Shown here in pieces: positions 35,161-48,789 of a DNA stretch of 64,000 nucleotides (positions within the stretch are counted from its first letter, which is position 1; the number at the start of each line of letters is the position of its first letter). The position numbers and the translations under genes are program-made. The DNA is from Cystobasidiomycetes sp. EMM_F5 (taxonomy: Eukaryota). Under the pieces are notes generated by a model. That model made no database searches. It was not told the DNA's origin and saw only the letters and a program-made list of their open reading frames with translations. The stretch spans positions 558,001 to 622,000 of the forward strand of contig JBPGPT010000006.1 in assembly GCA_051047955.1 (NCBI GenBank), given 5' to 3'.

Positions 35161-37917
35161 TTACACATCGCCAGTGCTAGAGCGTCGTCTGCGCGGTGCC
35201 CGACCTAGTCCCGTTGCAGGACGGGACGTAACCGGAGCGGCACTTGTGACAGACACGACAGGTTTGACGTTGCTTCCTTGTTTGGTGCCTGCCGTAAGGT
35301 TCTCTGTTGTTTTGGCTGCACTGACAGCCGCTGCTTTCCGAGAAGATACACGTCGACCTGTTGGCTGATGAGACGGAGCATTTCCGGCCTTTGCCGGAGG
35401 TATGCGTTGGGGTAAGCGCGTAGGGGAAGCGGTGGTATGGCGAGGTGCAGGTCGTATCTGCCCGTTCTGTTGTAGACGTGTGGCCTGGTTGTTATTCGCT
35501 GCCAGACCAGTGTGTGCGGTAAGTGGATTTGACAAGCGGCCTGTGCGCAGATTGTACCGCTCGCCAGAAGACATAATTCCACTGCCTTCGGCGGCATCCA
35601 AGACGTTGCTCTGCGACTTGCCTGTAGTGCGGCTTGCATGCTCACTATACGCAGTAACATCTGCCTGCCGATTGTCATTGATGATTGTTAATGGCCGCTG
35701 TTGACGAGATTTTGCTATGCGCGATGATACGGCTTGTTTGGCAGGCGAAGCGGGCGCGTTAATCGACACAACTGCAGAGTGATTGATAACACCATGCCCA
35801 TCAATGACGACAGGAGGCGTCATCTGACGTAGACCACTTGCAGTCCGTACAAAGGTTTGAGGTGCTTCGTTTTCCTTTGCGGGATTCCTGCTGACAATGA
35901 CTGCATCGACAATCATCGGAACATCCTCCTCTTTGGCTTCGACGAGAATGACAGACGGTTCGCGCGACCGTGATTTGTCACGATTACGGTCTTTGAGAGC
36001 GCGTTCCGCTTGCCTTTGTGCGTTTTGTACAGTTTGTTGATCTAGGAAAACGTCATCATTGACGGCATCTACAGTCTCTGGCGCAGCGACGGCATGTCTG
36101 TGCTTTGCTCCAGGCGTCTTGCGTGGTTGACCGGGTACAGTCAGACCAGGATTATGTACGAGAGGCGTAACTGCGCGCGGGGTGGCCATGCCACGGGAAG
36201 GCACTTGCTCGTCTTCCGTGGGTGGTGTGATAGGGCGCTCTATCGTAATTATGTTGTGCCGTTGTTCCGCGACATATCTGTCGACGGCACCCCAGCGTAC
36301 CCACTCCATCTGATTTTCATACATAAAGTGCTGTTGCGGCCTGCATAGCATGTCAGGCTCGCTTCTCCGTTTGAAAGTCATAGATTGCACAACTCACCCT
36401 ACACACGTCCCCGGACGCATCAGGCGCATGAATCCAATCACTTCGGTGGCCGAGAAGCCGTACTTGTAAATAAGGTAAGCACCGATGAGGGTGCCTGTTC
36501 GGCCAAGTCCAGCTTTACAATGCACAGCAACGACGCCACCTGCGCCAATAACGCGCTCCGCCACGTCGATGAAATCGCGACACATCTCCATTGTCGGATT
36601 TGTACCATCATCAAAGTACATTTCGCGGTGTTCGATGCCTCGGTCGGTGAAGCGATGTTCATCGTACAGCTTCTTGTTGAGCCGGATGACCATCTTGACA
36701 TTGTTCTTGTCGAAATAGTCGAGCACGTTCCGGAATGACCTGCTGATTTTGGGTTGTATGCTGGGTGTTCCACTTGGTGTTTTCGTCTTGTCTCCCGCTG
36801 GTGACTCGTACCCCGGCTCAACAGGAGACGCAAACGCTAAAAAGTGGGGTGTAATGTAGTTCCAATCTCCATTTTCAACCTTTTCATAGTATTCGTACGC
36901 TTGTATGTCGAATTCGTCAAGCTTGAGTAGACGATTGTCTATCGCTTTCCGGGCGCCAAACAGAACGTCTTGACATGATAAATGAAAGTCGGCACGAGCG
37001 TAGCCGGCGTCTCTAAACGGTTGCTGCGAATGGAAATTAGGAAAGCTCTACTGCCTGGCCAGACTCAAGACTTACCAATTCTAGGCAGGCTATTGGATGC
37101 AGAGCGTCCGCCGGTGACCATCTCAGCACAATCATCTGGATGGTAATGCTGTTTAGTAGGCACCACAAGGACTAGCAAGATGCGCTCACTGCATACAGAG
37201 CCATGAGCATGGCAGCGTTGGCCTTCTTGTCGGGGTCTGCCGAAGAAAACAAGATGATGCGTTTCGAAGCCAGACTGGCATTCTAGACATCACAACACGC
37301 AGTAGAAGCCAAACACATCGTTCAGCATCACTGCCCAAACACGGAGCGCCACCTGCATAGAGCCAGGATAGGGGCGATCGGCCTACCTCGAGCAGCTTGT
37401 GTAGATGGAGGCAGAAGCGATATAGGCATCCGACGTTGAGCTGTGGTATAGCACATCAGCCTTGACGTTGCAAGTAATCTCCGTGCCAGCTCACCGGCCC
37501 CGTATCGCGAAAGAAGCTCAGATATGTCAGGTCATTATCGACTGTCAGCCAAAACGTGTCGGTCTGACGGTGTGCGAGATTGAGCTGATCTGCCGTTGGC
37601 ACTGGGGCTGCAAAGTATGTGTATCCTAGGCGGTCGCCAAACTCGCAAATTGGCCCAGAGGGATGCACGTTGGCTCCGACAAAGACGCCTGGAGTTGTCG
37701 GTGTACCATCGCGAGATGTGGACGGCCCAGCGAGTGCGTTGACTGCAGCATCGTCTTCGTAGCCAGAAGTATCCGCATCTTGGCCAGCTGCAGTCGCGGC
37801 TTCGTAGACTATCCGTACTCCAGACGTAGTTGCACCCTCTTCGACTTCGTCCGTCATGATGGAGTCGCCGTCTTCGCTGTGGAGGTCTGCATGGTGTGTC
37901 GACACTGCTGCCGACAT
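35161..37917 (-). CDS. CDC14: Dual-specificity protein phosphatase Cdc14
   Basis: YLSFFRDTGPLNVG, PFRDAGY, YEKVENGDWNYITP, FDDGTNP, catalytic HCKAGLGRTG and MRPGTCVGPQQHF; long disordered C-terminal tail. Confidence 0.95.
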
Positions 37918-38489
37918 GTTGCACTCCCCTCACGAGCTGGACTGGCTGGCAGCGTAATGCTGGATATGGGATGATTCGATTGACTCTGGTCACGTATGGC
38001 CTTTGGACCCGTCGGAGCTGCAGAATTGTAAGGCTGCGGCTGTGCGGCTAGCGTGTGCGTCGGTAGCTCGACAGCTTGCAAGGCCGTCGCAGCGTGTACC
38101 CGCTCTTCGCCGTCCAAGTGCAGTATCGTCGTGTTGGTTGCGTCTGAGCAAGACGGACCGCTTTCAACTTCTATTTCGACCGTCCAGTTGGTGGCGAATC
38201 ATATGTGGTCATGGGCAGAGAGCAAAGAGACATGCAGCTCAGACCTGCAGGCAACGCAGATTACTCTCTGGTGATTCTGATAAAGTTTGGATCATCTTGA
38301 ATGTGATCCCTGGGCTGCTATCTCTACACTTTCCCATTCAGCCGCGCATCAGACCGCGCCTACTTTCATGCATTGTTGTACCGAATCCTTCTCCGTGCTT
38401 CAGCATAGATACAGCATCAAGGCTGCTCGCTTCATTCATCTTGACAATACGTTCTACTTCGTGCCGGGTATGTTGCAGTCGGTGCGTAC

Positions 38490-40921
38490 CTACTGCATAC
38501 TAGGCAACATCTCGCCCTGAATGAACCATTTACCGATCCGTTGTCGTTCATTCACAGCCTCTCTTTGTGCCTCTGTCACTTTCTCGACGTGTGCGTCGAT
38601 ACTCGTTGTCAGCGTAGTCATGCGCTCCATCCGTTTACTAGAATCCATCGGGAACCTTCAGCGTTGGACCCCAATATCAGAATGCTCGACTTACGCTACC
38701 ATTGCAATCATGCGCGAAAGAAGCTTTGGAAGCTCCTCCGCATACGCTAGTCCTTCTGTCTTCCATTCATCAATAGTCTGCGCCATCAAAACAACATACA
38801 GCGTAAATAAGTGGATCGTCAACACGTATTGCACTTTGGCTCACCTGCACCTCCAGAGCATCATGATTCGCAGGAAGATAGCAGCTGCCGCATTTACAAT
38901 CTGGCCGAAGCACTACCTCCTCTTCTTCCGCTTCTTCATCTTGGTGAAACTCATCCGTGATCTCTTCTTTCGCTTCATGCATTTCTTCCTCTTGCTCTGC
39001 TGTGCTATCGTTTGCAAAACTCGGTGCACCATAGCCCTCATTCGCGCCATCGTCCCTGACGTATTCAACGTCGCATTCTTCGTACGTATCGTTTACTCTG
39101 ACTATACTTCCATCATGCTGCTCATCTTCGCAATATTCGAGACTGTCAGTTGCAGCCTCCAGCTCGCTGCCTTCGGGCAGCACAACTCCATTCAGATGCC
39201 CGTTTTCATTGACACGATTGTTTGCTGCGTGCACTTCGCGAATGGGCATCGAATGTTTAGTAGGCAGCATTTCGTGTCCCGCATGCGAAGCTCCACTATC
39301 AGGTGCATTTGGCGTAAGGGGATGTGCGACAGCACCGCTATGGATAAGCGGAGTATGACTGCCAACGGATGACGGAGCTCGAAGTGCAGGCGTGACTGAG
39401 CGACTCGACAATGCAGATACGGGTCTGGAAGTGGGGCCATTTTGTGAATGTAAACTGTTTGCACCTGACTGGCGCATCTGTGGAGACGGGACTCGCTGAT
39501 TCGGCGCACTGAACTGTTCATGTGAAGAAATTCCGTGAAGAGTGGTCCGCGAACTCGCGCCGTTCTCTGCAATTACGGCGCTCAAGCTCGATTGGCGGGT
39601 CTGCGGAGAAAGGCCGCGCTGCTCAGAGACCAGTGAGGCTGCTTCAGGGGCAGAAGCACGTGTGTTTGCAGTACGATACATTGCCTTCTTCTTCGGCGAC
39701 ACACTGCGTTTGCGCGGTGGTGCCGTTTTGGCGGTGGATGCAGAAGGAGCCGGCACTTCCTTTTGCTTACTTTCTTGGCGCGCAGCCTTGGTATCAACAC
39801 CAAGCGAAGTTGGCGAGGCTCTGGTTGTCAGCACTGCCTGCATTGGCATTGCGATCGCTGCTGTAGAAATCGCAGGAAAGCGCATTGTCTGGTTGTGGAT
39901 GGCCGCGACGGTTGCTCGAGGCGATGCAACCGAAGTTGACATGCCATCGGGGACGAGGGGCGACATCTGCGAAGGTGTATGTGCCGGCTGCATGAAGGGA
40001 AGCGTAGGATCAGACAGCTTGCCAATCTGCATGACATTGCTTTCAGCGGGATGGATCACTCATATGGCAAAACATGCTACTGACTTGACCCTGCTCGCCA
40101 CGATACTTGAAACGCTTTGAGGCTTGTTGGGTACTGGAAGGCTCGTCATTCGTACGCTTGTTGCCTACAACCAGGGTACACCACCGCTTAGAAGGGCCGC
40201 CGGGTTCACAAGCTGACAACAGCTTACCAACGATGGAGACGCTCAGATTGTTGACGGCTGCATTACGCTGAGCTTGACTAGATTTGTTCAGTCTTGGTGC
40301 TTGATTGCGGAGGGTCTGTGCGTTGGCCGCCGGTGGCGAATAGGCCTTCTTTGTGAGTTCAGTCTTGACTAGCTCCGCAGACAGGTCTTCATCGTCGAGT
40401 TCTTCGTATAGCAAGTCAGACTCATCGCGAGGAAGACGAGAGCTTGCTCTGTTGCCGGATGTATTGGGTGGTCCACCGCAACCCTGGCTACTGCTTGAAG
40501 CCGCTGAAGCAGCTGCAGGGGGATTCCAGTGTGTCTTGCGCGCATTGAACACGGGTGCAGCAGTGATAGCCGCCAAAGGAGCAGCAGGAGCGCGTTCTGA
40601 CTTGTCCGCTGTACCACGTCCAACGGCGCGTCCTGCACCATTCTGTCCACCAGAACGCGTACGGTAACCCATCGTATCAGACTTAACGGAGAGTCTTGTC
40701 TGTCTGAGTTTGTGGTTTTGTGGGTTGGCGGAAGGCAAGGATGGTTGTGCAGATGAAGGAAGATTAATTGTCTGTTTTGGACGGGCAATCTGACGCGTCA
40801 CGTTAGCTGCGGCAGCGTTTGTTTGGGAAGCATCATTCGTGTAAGAGGAGAACTGAGCGTCATCAGCAGCCATCACATCATAGTTATCCATCAAATCGAG
40901 CAGTGTGGACGGGCGAGCCAT
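38490..40921 (-). CDS. Low-complexity protein with Ecm11-like C-terminal coiled-coil domain
   Basis: ORFs 40043-40975 and 38770-40059 plus two small 3' exons encoding TIDEWKTEGLAYAEELPKLLSRMIAMVAKRMERMTTLTTSIDAHVEKVTEAQREAVNERQRIGKWF, recalled as resembling the ECM11 domain. Confidence 0.55.
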
Positions 40922-41119
40922 AGCTGAGTGTTGGGTCTGGGCGAAAACTTGCAAAAATATTCGACACTGGGACAATTGATCAACGAGGTCTGTGCGGAGA
41001 CCGTTGGTGGCGATGTGAGCGAAAGCGTCGGTCGGGTCTGGTCGACCAATAAGGCGGGCGAGAGTGAAAATAGGTTACAACATGAACAACGCTACCCGCA
41101 CGTTCCGTTGTCAATTACG

Positions 41120-43092
41120 TCACCGATCCAGTCCGCCCATAGCAAGATACTTGATGACCTGGAGAAGCGGTCAGCATGGAACGATTCATCGATGCGCAAG
41201 ACGAGGCTTACCTGATAATCTTGCAGGCCGTATTTAGACCCTTCCCTACCATACCCGCTCTCCTTGACCTGTTGTGAAAATCATGTTAAGCACGTAATTC
41301 CTACAGCGGATTTGACTAGTCACTCACGCCGCCGAACGGTATTGAGGCTTGGGAGATCAGCCCAGTACTGGAAACGAGTTCGTTGTTAAGGAAGAGCGTC
41401 TGTCGAAGCTAGAGCATTTCTTACTTGATTCCCACCATGCCAACTTCCAGTGCTTCTGCAACTCTCCATATTCTCCCGATGTCGCGCGAGAAGAAATACG
41501 CAGCCAATCCTACGTCGGTATCATTTGCCTGCTGTATAACCTCCGACTCGCTTTCGAATTTGTATAGCGCAGCAACAGGTCCTTTGATGACGGAAAATAG
41601 GGCGATCAGCCTTGGTATCTATGGCTTCATCAAGCTGCACCCACCGAAAGTCTCTTCGTCGTTTATGGCGCAATGTTGTACATCGGTCAGCACGGTCGGC
41701 TCAAAGAAGTTTGGCCCGAGTTCCTTCATTCTCTTGCCGCCGACCAGGAGCTTTGCACCCTTCTCTACTGCATCTTTGACATGTGCTTCTGTTTTGTCTA
41801 CCGCTCGCGAATGAATGAGAGGGCCATGCGTTACTCCCTCCTCGAAACCGTTGCCGACTTTGAAGGCGTCCACTTTTTCAGCTAGACGGGACGCAAACTC
41901 GTCGTAGATGGAAGATTGGACATAGATGCTGATGGCAGAGCATCGTCAGCGCTGTAATGCTATCTAAGCGGGTGGGCCTTACCGATTCGCGCAAACACAA
42001 GTCTGTCCTGTTCCCCGGAATTTGCAAGCAATGACACCTTCTACCGCCTTTTCGAGATCTGCGTCTTCAAAAACGATAAACGGGGCATTGCCACCCAGTT
42101 CGAAAGACAATTTCTTCATGGTACTGGCCGCTTGACCCATGAGAATCTTGCCGACCGGTGTACTTCCAGTAAAGCTGAGCTTGCGGATCTGCTTATTTTC
42201 AGACATCTCCTTGCCGACTTGCTTTGTGCTTTCGTTGGTAGTCACTACGTTGACGACGCCAGGTGGTACGCCTGCTCTTTCACAAAGTTCGGCCATGGCT
42301 AGCATACTATAAGGCGTCTCGGCTGGCGCTTTCATGACGACGGTACACCCAGCGCCAAGTGCGGCTGCCACCTTTCGTCCTGCCCTGTCATCGTCAACGA
42401 GACATTATCAGCGGGTCGTTCTAGAGCTGTACGGCAAGCGCAATACCGACATGCTGGACGGAAAATTGAATGGTGTGATTATCGCGCATACTCCGATAGG
42501 CTGTTTGATCACGACCGAGCGTATATTTGACATTGGGTGCGGTATCGTATCTCCAGTGTCTCGAAGCGCTTCCCCGGCGAACCATTCAAAGTAAGAAGCA
42601 GAGTACGCAATCTCTCCCATTGCATCTGCTGTAGGCTTCCCATTCTCCAGCGTAATGATTTGCGCCAGGTCCTTCTGGTTGTCCATCATGAGGTTATACA
42701 GCTTCATCAGTACTGCATGCCTCTCCCGCCCGGTCGTCTTGCTCCACGATTTGAAAGCTTTCGATGCAGCATCGATAGCCTGCCTCGTCTCTTGTACGCC
42801 AAAGTCTGGCACCTTGCCAATCTCGTTGCCTGTCGCAGGATCCGTCACGGGAAACGTTGTGCTACCCTTGATCCATTTTCCGTCGATATAACATTGGTCG
42901 CGGAAAAGACTCTGGTCTTGAAGCTGATGCAGAAGGCTGCGTTAAGGAAGATCGTGCTTCCACGGCGACCAAAAGACCCACCTTGAAAGTTGAAGCCAAT
43001 CTTCGGAAATGTAGCGATAAGGCCAGTCCACCGCGACCAATAGACCGACGCGCTAAGAGGGCAGCTCTGCTGCAGCAGTGGTTGCTCAGCAT
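41120..43092 (-). CDS. UGA2: Succinate-semialdehyde dehydrogenase (NAD(P)+), probably mitochondrial
   Basis: [49 protein letters not shown] and GREGSKYG; presequence-like first exon. Confidence 0.93.
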
Positions 43093-43263
43093 GGTTGTGC
43101 GCAGTTGTTATGAACACTTGCGAAGAACCAGGCTCCAGTCCAGAGAGATGCGATCGTCCACCGGCGATACATCATAGCCGATGAAGCAAGTGTGAGCGTC
43201 GCTTTCGACCAAACGTGAAGCAACAGACCTTCCATCAACAAACATCTGCTAACTATCCATACA

Positions 43264-44665
43264 ATGTCCGCCGGAGCAGTAGAACCAAAGCAGCCCATCA
43301 AGCTGTCAGTGCCGCGTATTTGTTGCTGATCGCGTCATTGATGCAGCTGACTGGACTTCGCCTGCAGATACAGTATGTCTTGTTGGAGTAGACGTTGAAA
43401 GACTGTGCTAATCTAATTTACTATGTGTGTGCCCAATAGCCGCTGGTAAGCTTCCGCCAATCTCGTACACGAGTCGCAATTCAATTCCCATTGAACAGGA
43501 ACACCCAATGGCCAGCCCATCTCTGTCCTCTGCGAAGAGCTGAAAGCCGTCTACCCAAAGTTCGACTACGAAGCTATCGCCATCGACTTTAGCAAGAACG
43601 AACAGAAAGAACCGTATGCGCTTCATGTACACATCGCCCCTATTCCTGCGTGCTGACATAGCTCTTTCGACGAACAAAGATGGTTCCTCAAGATCAATCC
43701 CAAGTGAGTAGTCTTGACACTCGCACATACACGCAGCTAATCCACATCAATCAACCTTGCACAGCGGCCGGATTCCAGCCATTGTAGATCCAAATCGCGG
43801 AGACTTTGCTGTTTTTGAGACATCGGCAATCCTACACTATCTGGTGAATGAATAGTGCTCCAGTCAAGCACATCGTATCTAACTCGTTGCACCAAGGTAA
43901 TTCACTACGATCCTGAAGGCCACTTCCATTTCCGCGGAAAGTAGGTGTTGCCACTGCACGGACACAGTGTCCCTCTAAAAAATTGTCACAGACCTGATCT
44001 CGAGAGTGAGGTCATCCAATGGATGTTCTGGGCTCATGGAGGCCTGGGACCAATGCAAGGCACGCAATAAGACTTTTGTAGCACCTTTGCTGTACTAACG
44101 CGTAGTGTCAACAGGTCAAAGCAACCATTTCTATCGATATGCGCCCGAGAAGATCCAGTACGGCATTGACAGATATGCCAACGAGACAAAGCGCTTGTAT
44201 GGCGTTCTGGCTAGCCGTCTGCAGGAGCGGGATTTCCTCGTAGGCGATGGACGTGGAGAGTACTCGATTGCGTGAGTGGCCTTTTGGCAGGCTCCGACCG
44301 CCTTTGACGCGTTCACACCCGATACCAGCGATATTAAGGCATTCCCATGGGTCCTGCTCGGACCATGGGCAGGTATCAGCAAGAAAGACACGCCGCCTGC
44401 AGTAAAGGATTGGCTAGACCGCTGCTACAAGCGTGAAGCCGTACAGAAGGGCCTGGTGAGCTATCCTGTGATCACGAGTATCTGCGGGCCTTAGTAGCGC
44501 TTACGTCGTCTACCTTTCCTGCAGCATGTACCCAAGCACAACTCGATGATTGAGAAATGCCAGGATCCAGACTTCGAGGAAAAGTACGCTGCTGAAAACG
44601 AAAAGCATGCCAAGGAGAGCAGCACTTGGGTCATGAAGGGCATGAAGGAGGACGCCAGCAAGTAG
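43264..44665 (+). CDS. Glutathione S-transferase, Ure2p/YfcG-like class
   Basis: Spliced [67 protein letters not shown] and [12 protein letters not shown]; about ten introns. Confidence 0.92.
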
Positions 44666-44965
44666 TCAGTCTGCCTCCTACTGTCAAGCTTGCGCCTTCT
44701 TCGCTGATTGAGCTTGCTAGCAGACTTTGAGCCAAAATATGAGTGACGGAATCCGCATTATTGTCAGATCGCCACAGGATTAGCAAGAGGTCATGTATCG
44801 TTAGCTTCGGCAGCAAAACCAAGCAATCGCATGTAAACAGATGCGCAATGTGAAGCTGGCACTCACAGCAAGTGGAGTCAGCATTTATACTTCTACATAC
44901 AACAGAACGTGACTGACGGGCCAAAAAGCAAAAAGCATGGACTACAGCGGTAGTCACAATCCACT

Positions 44966-47830
44966 CTAATGTCTAGGCAATTTGGAAAGTCTACCAAGCA
45001 GTCCAGCATTCTCCGTCTCAAGCTTTGCAATAGTTGAAAGCGCCTGCTGAAGCGCCTGCGTCTGCGAGTCTTCCTGACCACGAAGCTGCGAAGATATGGC
45101 TCGAGTGATGAGCATTTGCTCACGCAGAATCTTATTCAGGCCAGATAAGCTGTCGCTGCCTGCTGCTGACGATGCCGTTGCAAATCGGTTTGTGTCGTCC
45201 TCGATAGTAGGTGGTGTGCGTGATCCCGGCGTGCCCTCAAAAAGAGGGAAATACGATTTCAGTGACTCGTCTAGTTGTGGCGGAGAGGAGACACCGAATG
45301 AGAGTGGAGGAGCGAGCTTGGTGGATTCGTGATATGCAGCCGAACGACGCAGAACCCAATCAAAGTATTCAGACGTACGAGTGGCGCTTTCGACAACAGG
45401 AGCAGCAGGCGGAGCGTCCAATGATGTTTGCGTACTTGCGTCTACCACCATTCGAGCTCGTAGTGGAGACTGATATCGTAGCGTCTCTTGATGCGTTCGA
45501 CCCTCGCCGGCGTTCGCGGCAGCTTCTACAGCAAAGTCTCGGACGCGAGGAGGGGACTTTAGGGCTGTCGTACTGACATCAAGAAAGCGCCTCGATGGCT
45601 GCATCCGAGGGTGTCTACGCGGCACAAGCTCGTTCGGGGACGGCAAATCATCATCATCGTCATCTTCCACCTTTGCCAGCTTCAGCAGATTCAGGTCCAA
45701 ATCGGCATCATCCTCATCGGCCGTGTCGGCCCAGTGTTTACGTAATACAATTGCTGGCTGTAAAGTGTTGTCCGTGCCCTTCTTGTCTGCGAGAGACCCT
45801 AGAGATACATCTGGATCGAAAAGAGGATTGGTTGCAATGATAGAAGCGCGTCGGGGTGTGATTGCAACGCCCGAGAATGTCCTTGGGTGCTGTGTATACA
45901 GCCTGCCTTTGTCATCGTCAAAGCCGCTATCATCTTGCGTATGACCTGCGTGACTAGGCTTGGCCGTCTGTAGGGTTGGCGTAGGAGACGGCTCCACAAC
46001 GGACACAAATCGAGTGGGTCTGGTAAGGTCCAAGGGAGGCGGTCGATTCTTCCTTGAATGACTACCTACGCTCGATGGACAAGTAGAGGATGTTTCTTCG
46101 CGAATTCGGGGCAAAACGAAAGGTCTCGTCTTCAGCGGAGACATTGCCCGATTGTGCGCAGATGGTCGCGTCACAGGTGCCGCGCGAATCCCATCTACTG
46201 ACCGACGCGAGTCATGACTGTATACGGAACCGTCGGAATCATCATCTTCGCTGGTATATTCCAACGGTTGTCCGGCCACCTTCCTATCTTCAGTCGGCTC
46301 ATATGTAGGGACGGCTTTGCGCCTTGTTGCGAATGGAGATGTAGGACTCGTCGAAGGGAGAGATGGTAGAATGAGTGGTAGAGGCTTGAAGCCCTGTCCA
46401 GAGATGACAGAAGAACCTCGGTAAGCATTGACGGACTTTATGGGTGATTCAGTTACAGCGGGAGCAAGAGATGCAGAACGAACAGCTAGTGGAATGCGAG
46501 ATGCTGTGCTGGGGGTAGCAGCGTAAGTGCCCATGTCTGGCGGCGGAAACTTCGGCGTAGATGTAGTTGTAGCTAGCGGACTTTCTGGAGGGGAGGTTTT
46601 ACGCTGTGGTACGTGGTGGACGTGCGGAGCCGCCGATTGTTGGCGAGACGTGTTCTCATAAATTATCGGAGTCGAACGGCTTCTGAGATTGCTGACTGGA
46701 GAAACATTCAGTGAGTGTAACTTCGATAACTGTGTCGCTCCCGTGTTTGAGTCCAGATCGCTAGCTTGCCTCGTGTGCGAGAATGGCCGATGCTCATCAA
46801 AAATCTCGGATGGGCTGCCTGAATGGGTTGCGAATATTTCACTCATTGTCGGACTAGCTGTGCTGGTGCGCGGGACTACTTGAAAAGACGAAGAGACGCT
46901 GGATGTGCCAGATGATTTGCGAGGTACAGGCATACCATTGGGCATAAAGCGGCGAATGGGCGCTTTTTCAGCCTGCGGGGGCGATATACCGAAAAGTGCA
47001 GAGATGGATTGTCGCGACGCAAGCCGTCGCAGCGGTGTGTGGCTTGTTCGCGCGGCCGAGGAAGGTAAAGTAACGATAACATCGTCTCGAACGAACGTCT
47101 TTCTGTTGTTGACAGCCATTCCGGCAGCATATCCCGTTGAGAATTCAGGGCTTGCGACCCGCTTAATTACGGCAGGTGTAGACGGTGAATAAGGAGGCGA
47201 ATCCTGACGAATATGAAGCGATGGTGTAGAGTGTACGGAAGCCGATGACGAGGGCTGAGCAGCTTGAAGGGCACTTGACTCTGTCTGGATTTTCTTGCTT
47301 TTACGGCTAAAGAATTTGGCAAAGGAATTCTTTTTGGCGGGACTGGACAGCGCAGGCGTAGCTGAATGAGATCTAGGCACTACAGAAGGAGCATGGGCCT
47401 CAGGCAGTGCATCAGTGCTGGGCGTGTGTTGGGCTAAATGTGTGTTTGTTGCAATGTAAGCTGACGGAGAGGAGTTCATGTAAGCGAATGGCTGTTCATC
47501 GCGACGGACTAGTATTGAAAAAGCAGAGTATGCAGTGGTGTTTACGAACAAACACATAAATAAATAAACAGATTGGCGTCAGGGGGTGTTGTTATTGTTT
47601 TTCAGGGGGCGATACTCACATATATGCGACGCAACAGGCAGAGCGCGTTCTCGCTCTCGTTCATGCTCTCGAGCCCGACGCATCATATCCTCCATCCCAG
47701 GTTGACGCCTTGACTGAGATCTCGCAGACATCGGACGACCAGACGATCCAGGTCGTCCCTTGCTGGAGCTAGGCCGGGCGACGACATGACCATGCCTTCT
47801 AGCACGGGCACGCTTCGTTGCCGGATCCAT
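44966..47830 (-). CDS. Hypothetical Ser/Pro/Thr-rich disordered protein with C-terminal coiled coil
   Basis: 863-aa ORF plus a probable first exon (ATG 47830, GTGAGT donor near 47620). No domain recognised. Confidence 0.65.
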
Positions 47831-48789
47831 AGCAGTGCACTTGTCAGCGTCAGTCGTTACGAAAGCGAGAGCAGGCAATTGTTAACATCAGTCAAATCCG
47901 AAAATATGGACCTAGACTCCTTCAGGGGGGTGTGGCAAAAATGGGTCAGGGGCGATATGACATGGCATTGAGAAGAAGAACGCGATGGTATTGTATTGCT
48001 TTGCAACATGGTGTTATCATACATGAAAGTGTGTCAGCTTCAACAGCGATTTGCAGCATTCTTGGCTTGATGGAGATTCAGTTTTGCGCGAGAGAGAGCT
48101 CACCTTCCTGACATCAGTAAATTTGCAATTGCGGAGACCTTCACCTTCTTTCCAATTGTCAGCTTGATTCGGATTTGACTTGACCCGCACGGTACGGAGT
48201 GTATGCATATACCACGATACGTATGTCGCTCATCACAAAACGCAGGTCTGTCGTCCCCGACAGTCTGTCAACTTGCTCTTGCAGCACCCTTGCAGTGCTT
48301 GTCAAGTTTGACGAATAAGAATGTGGAAGCGAAAGCTGATAGCCTACTTCCCGAGGAATAGGCTTGGGCCATCCCGTCCACTTAACGGGAGCTTGACAGA
48401 CTTTTGGATCGGCTTTCGCGACGCATTCACCGAGACTTGCCTCTTCATGTAAAGCTCCCAAAGGCAGCCCGTGTTACGCGTTGCAACAAAAAGCGGAGAG
48501 ATGTCTCCCTTTGAAACAGCAGAATCTTGATTACAAAGGTGTGCAAAGTTTGGATCTTCATTTTCTTCTCTTCTCGGCAGTAGATTCCGTACACAATTTG
48601 ATGATTTGAAATTGACAATGGTTTGGCTTTTTTTTAAAGTTTGTTATGCATTCAAGGGTGGTATATCAGGGTCTGCAGACCTGTCTTGCACGGGTAACAG
48701 AGCAGACGATGAATCTTGGAAGAGAGATTTGGCTATTGATATCGGACAGGCGCTTTCTTTTCCTAAATCCCAAAGAATCCAGTACCAAT

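Noticed and set aside
38521..39372. 283-aa hydrophobic plus-strand ORF that looks like a membrane protein
   Set aside because: Antisense shadow of the Glu/Asp-rich minus-strand coding region; GAA/GAT codons read as Phe/Ile on the other strand.
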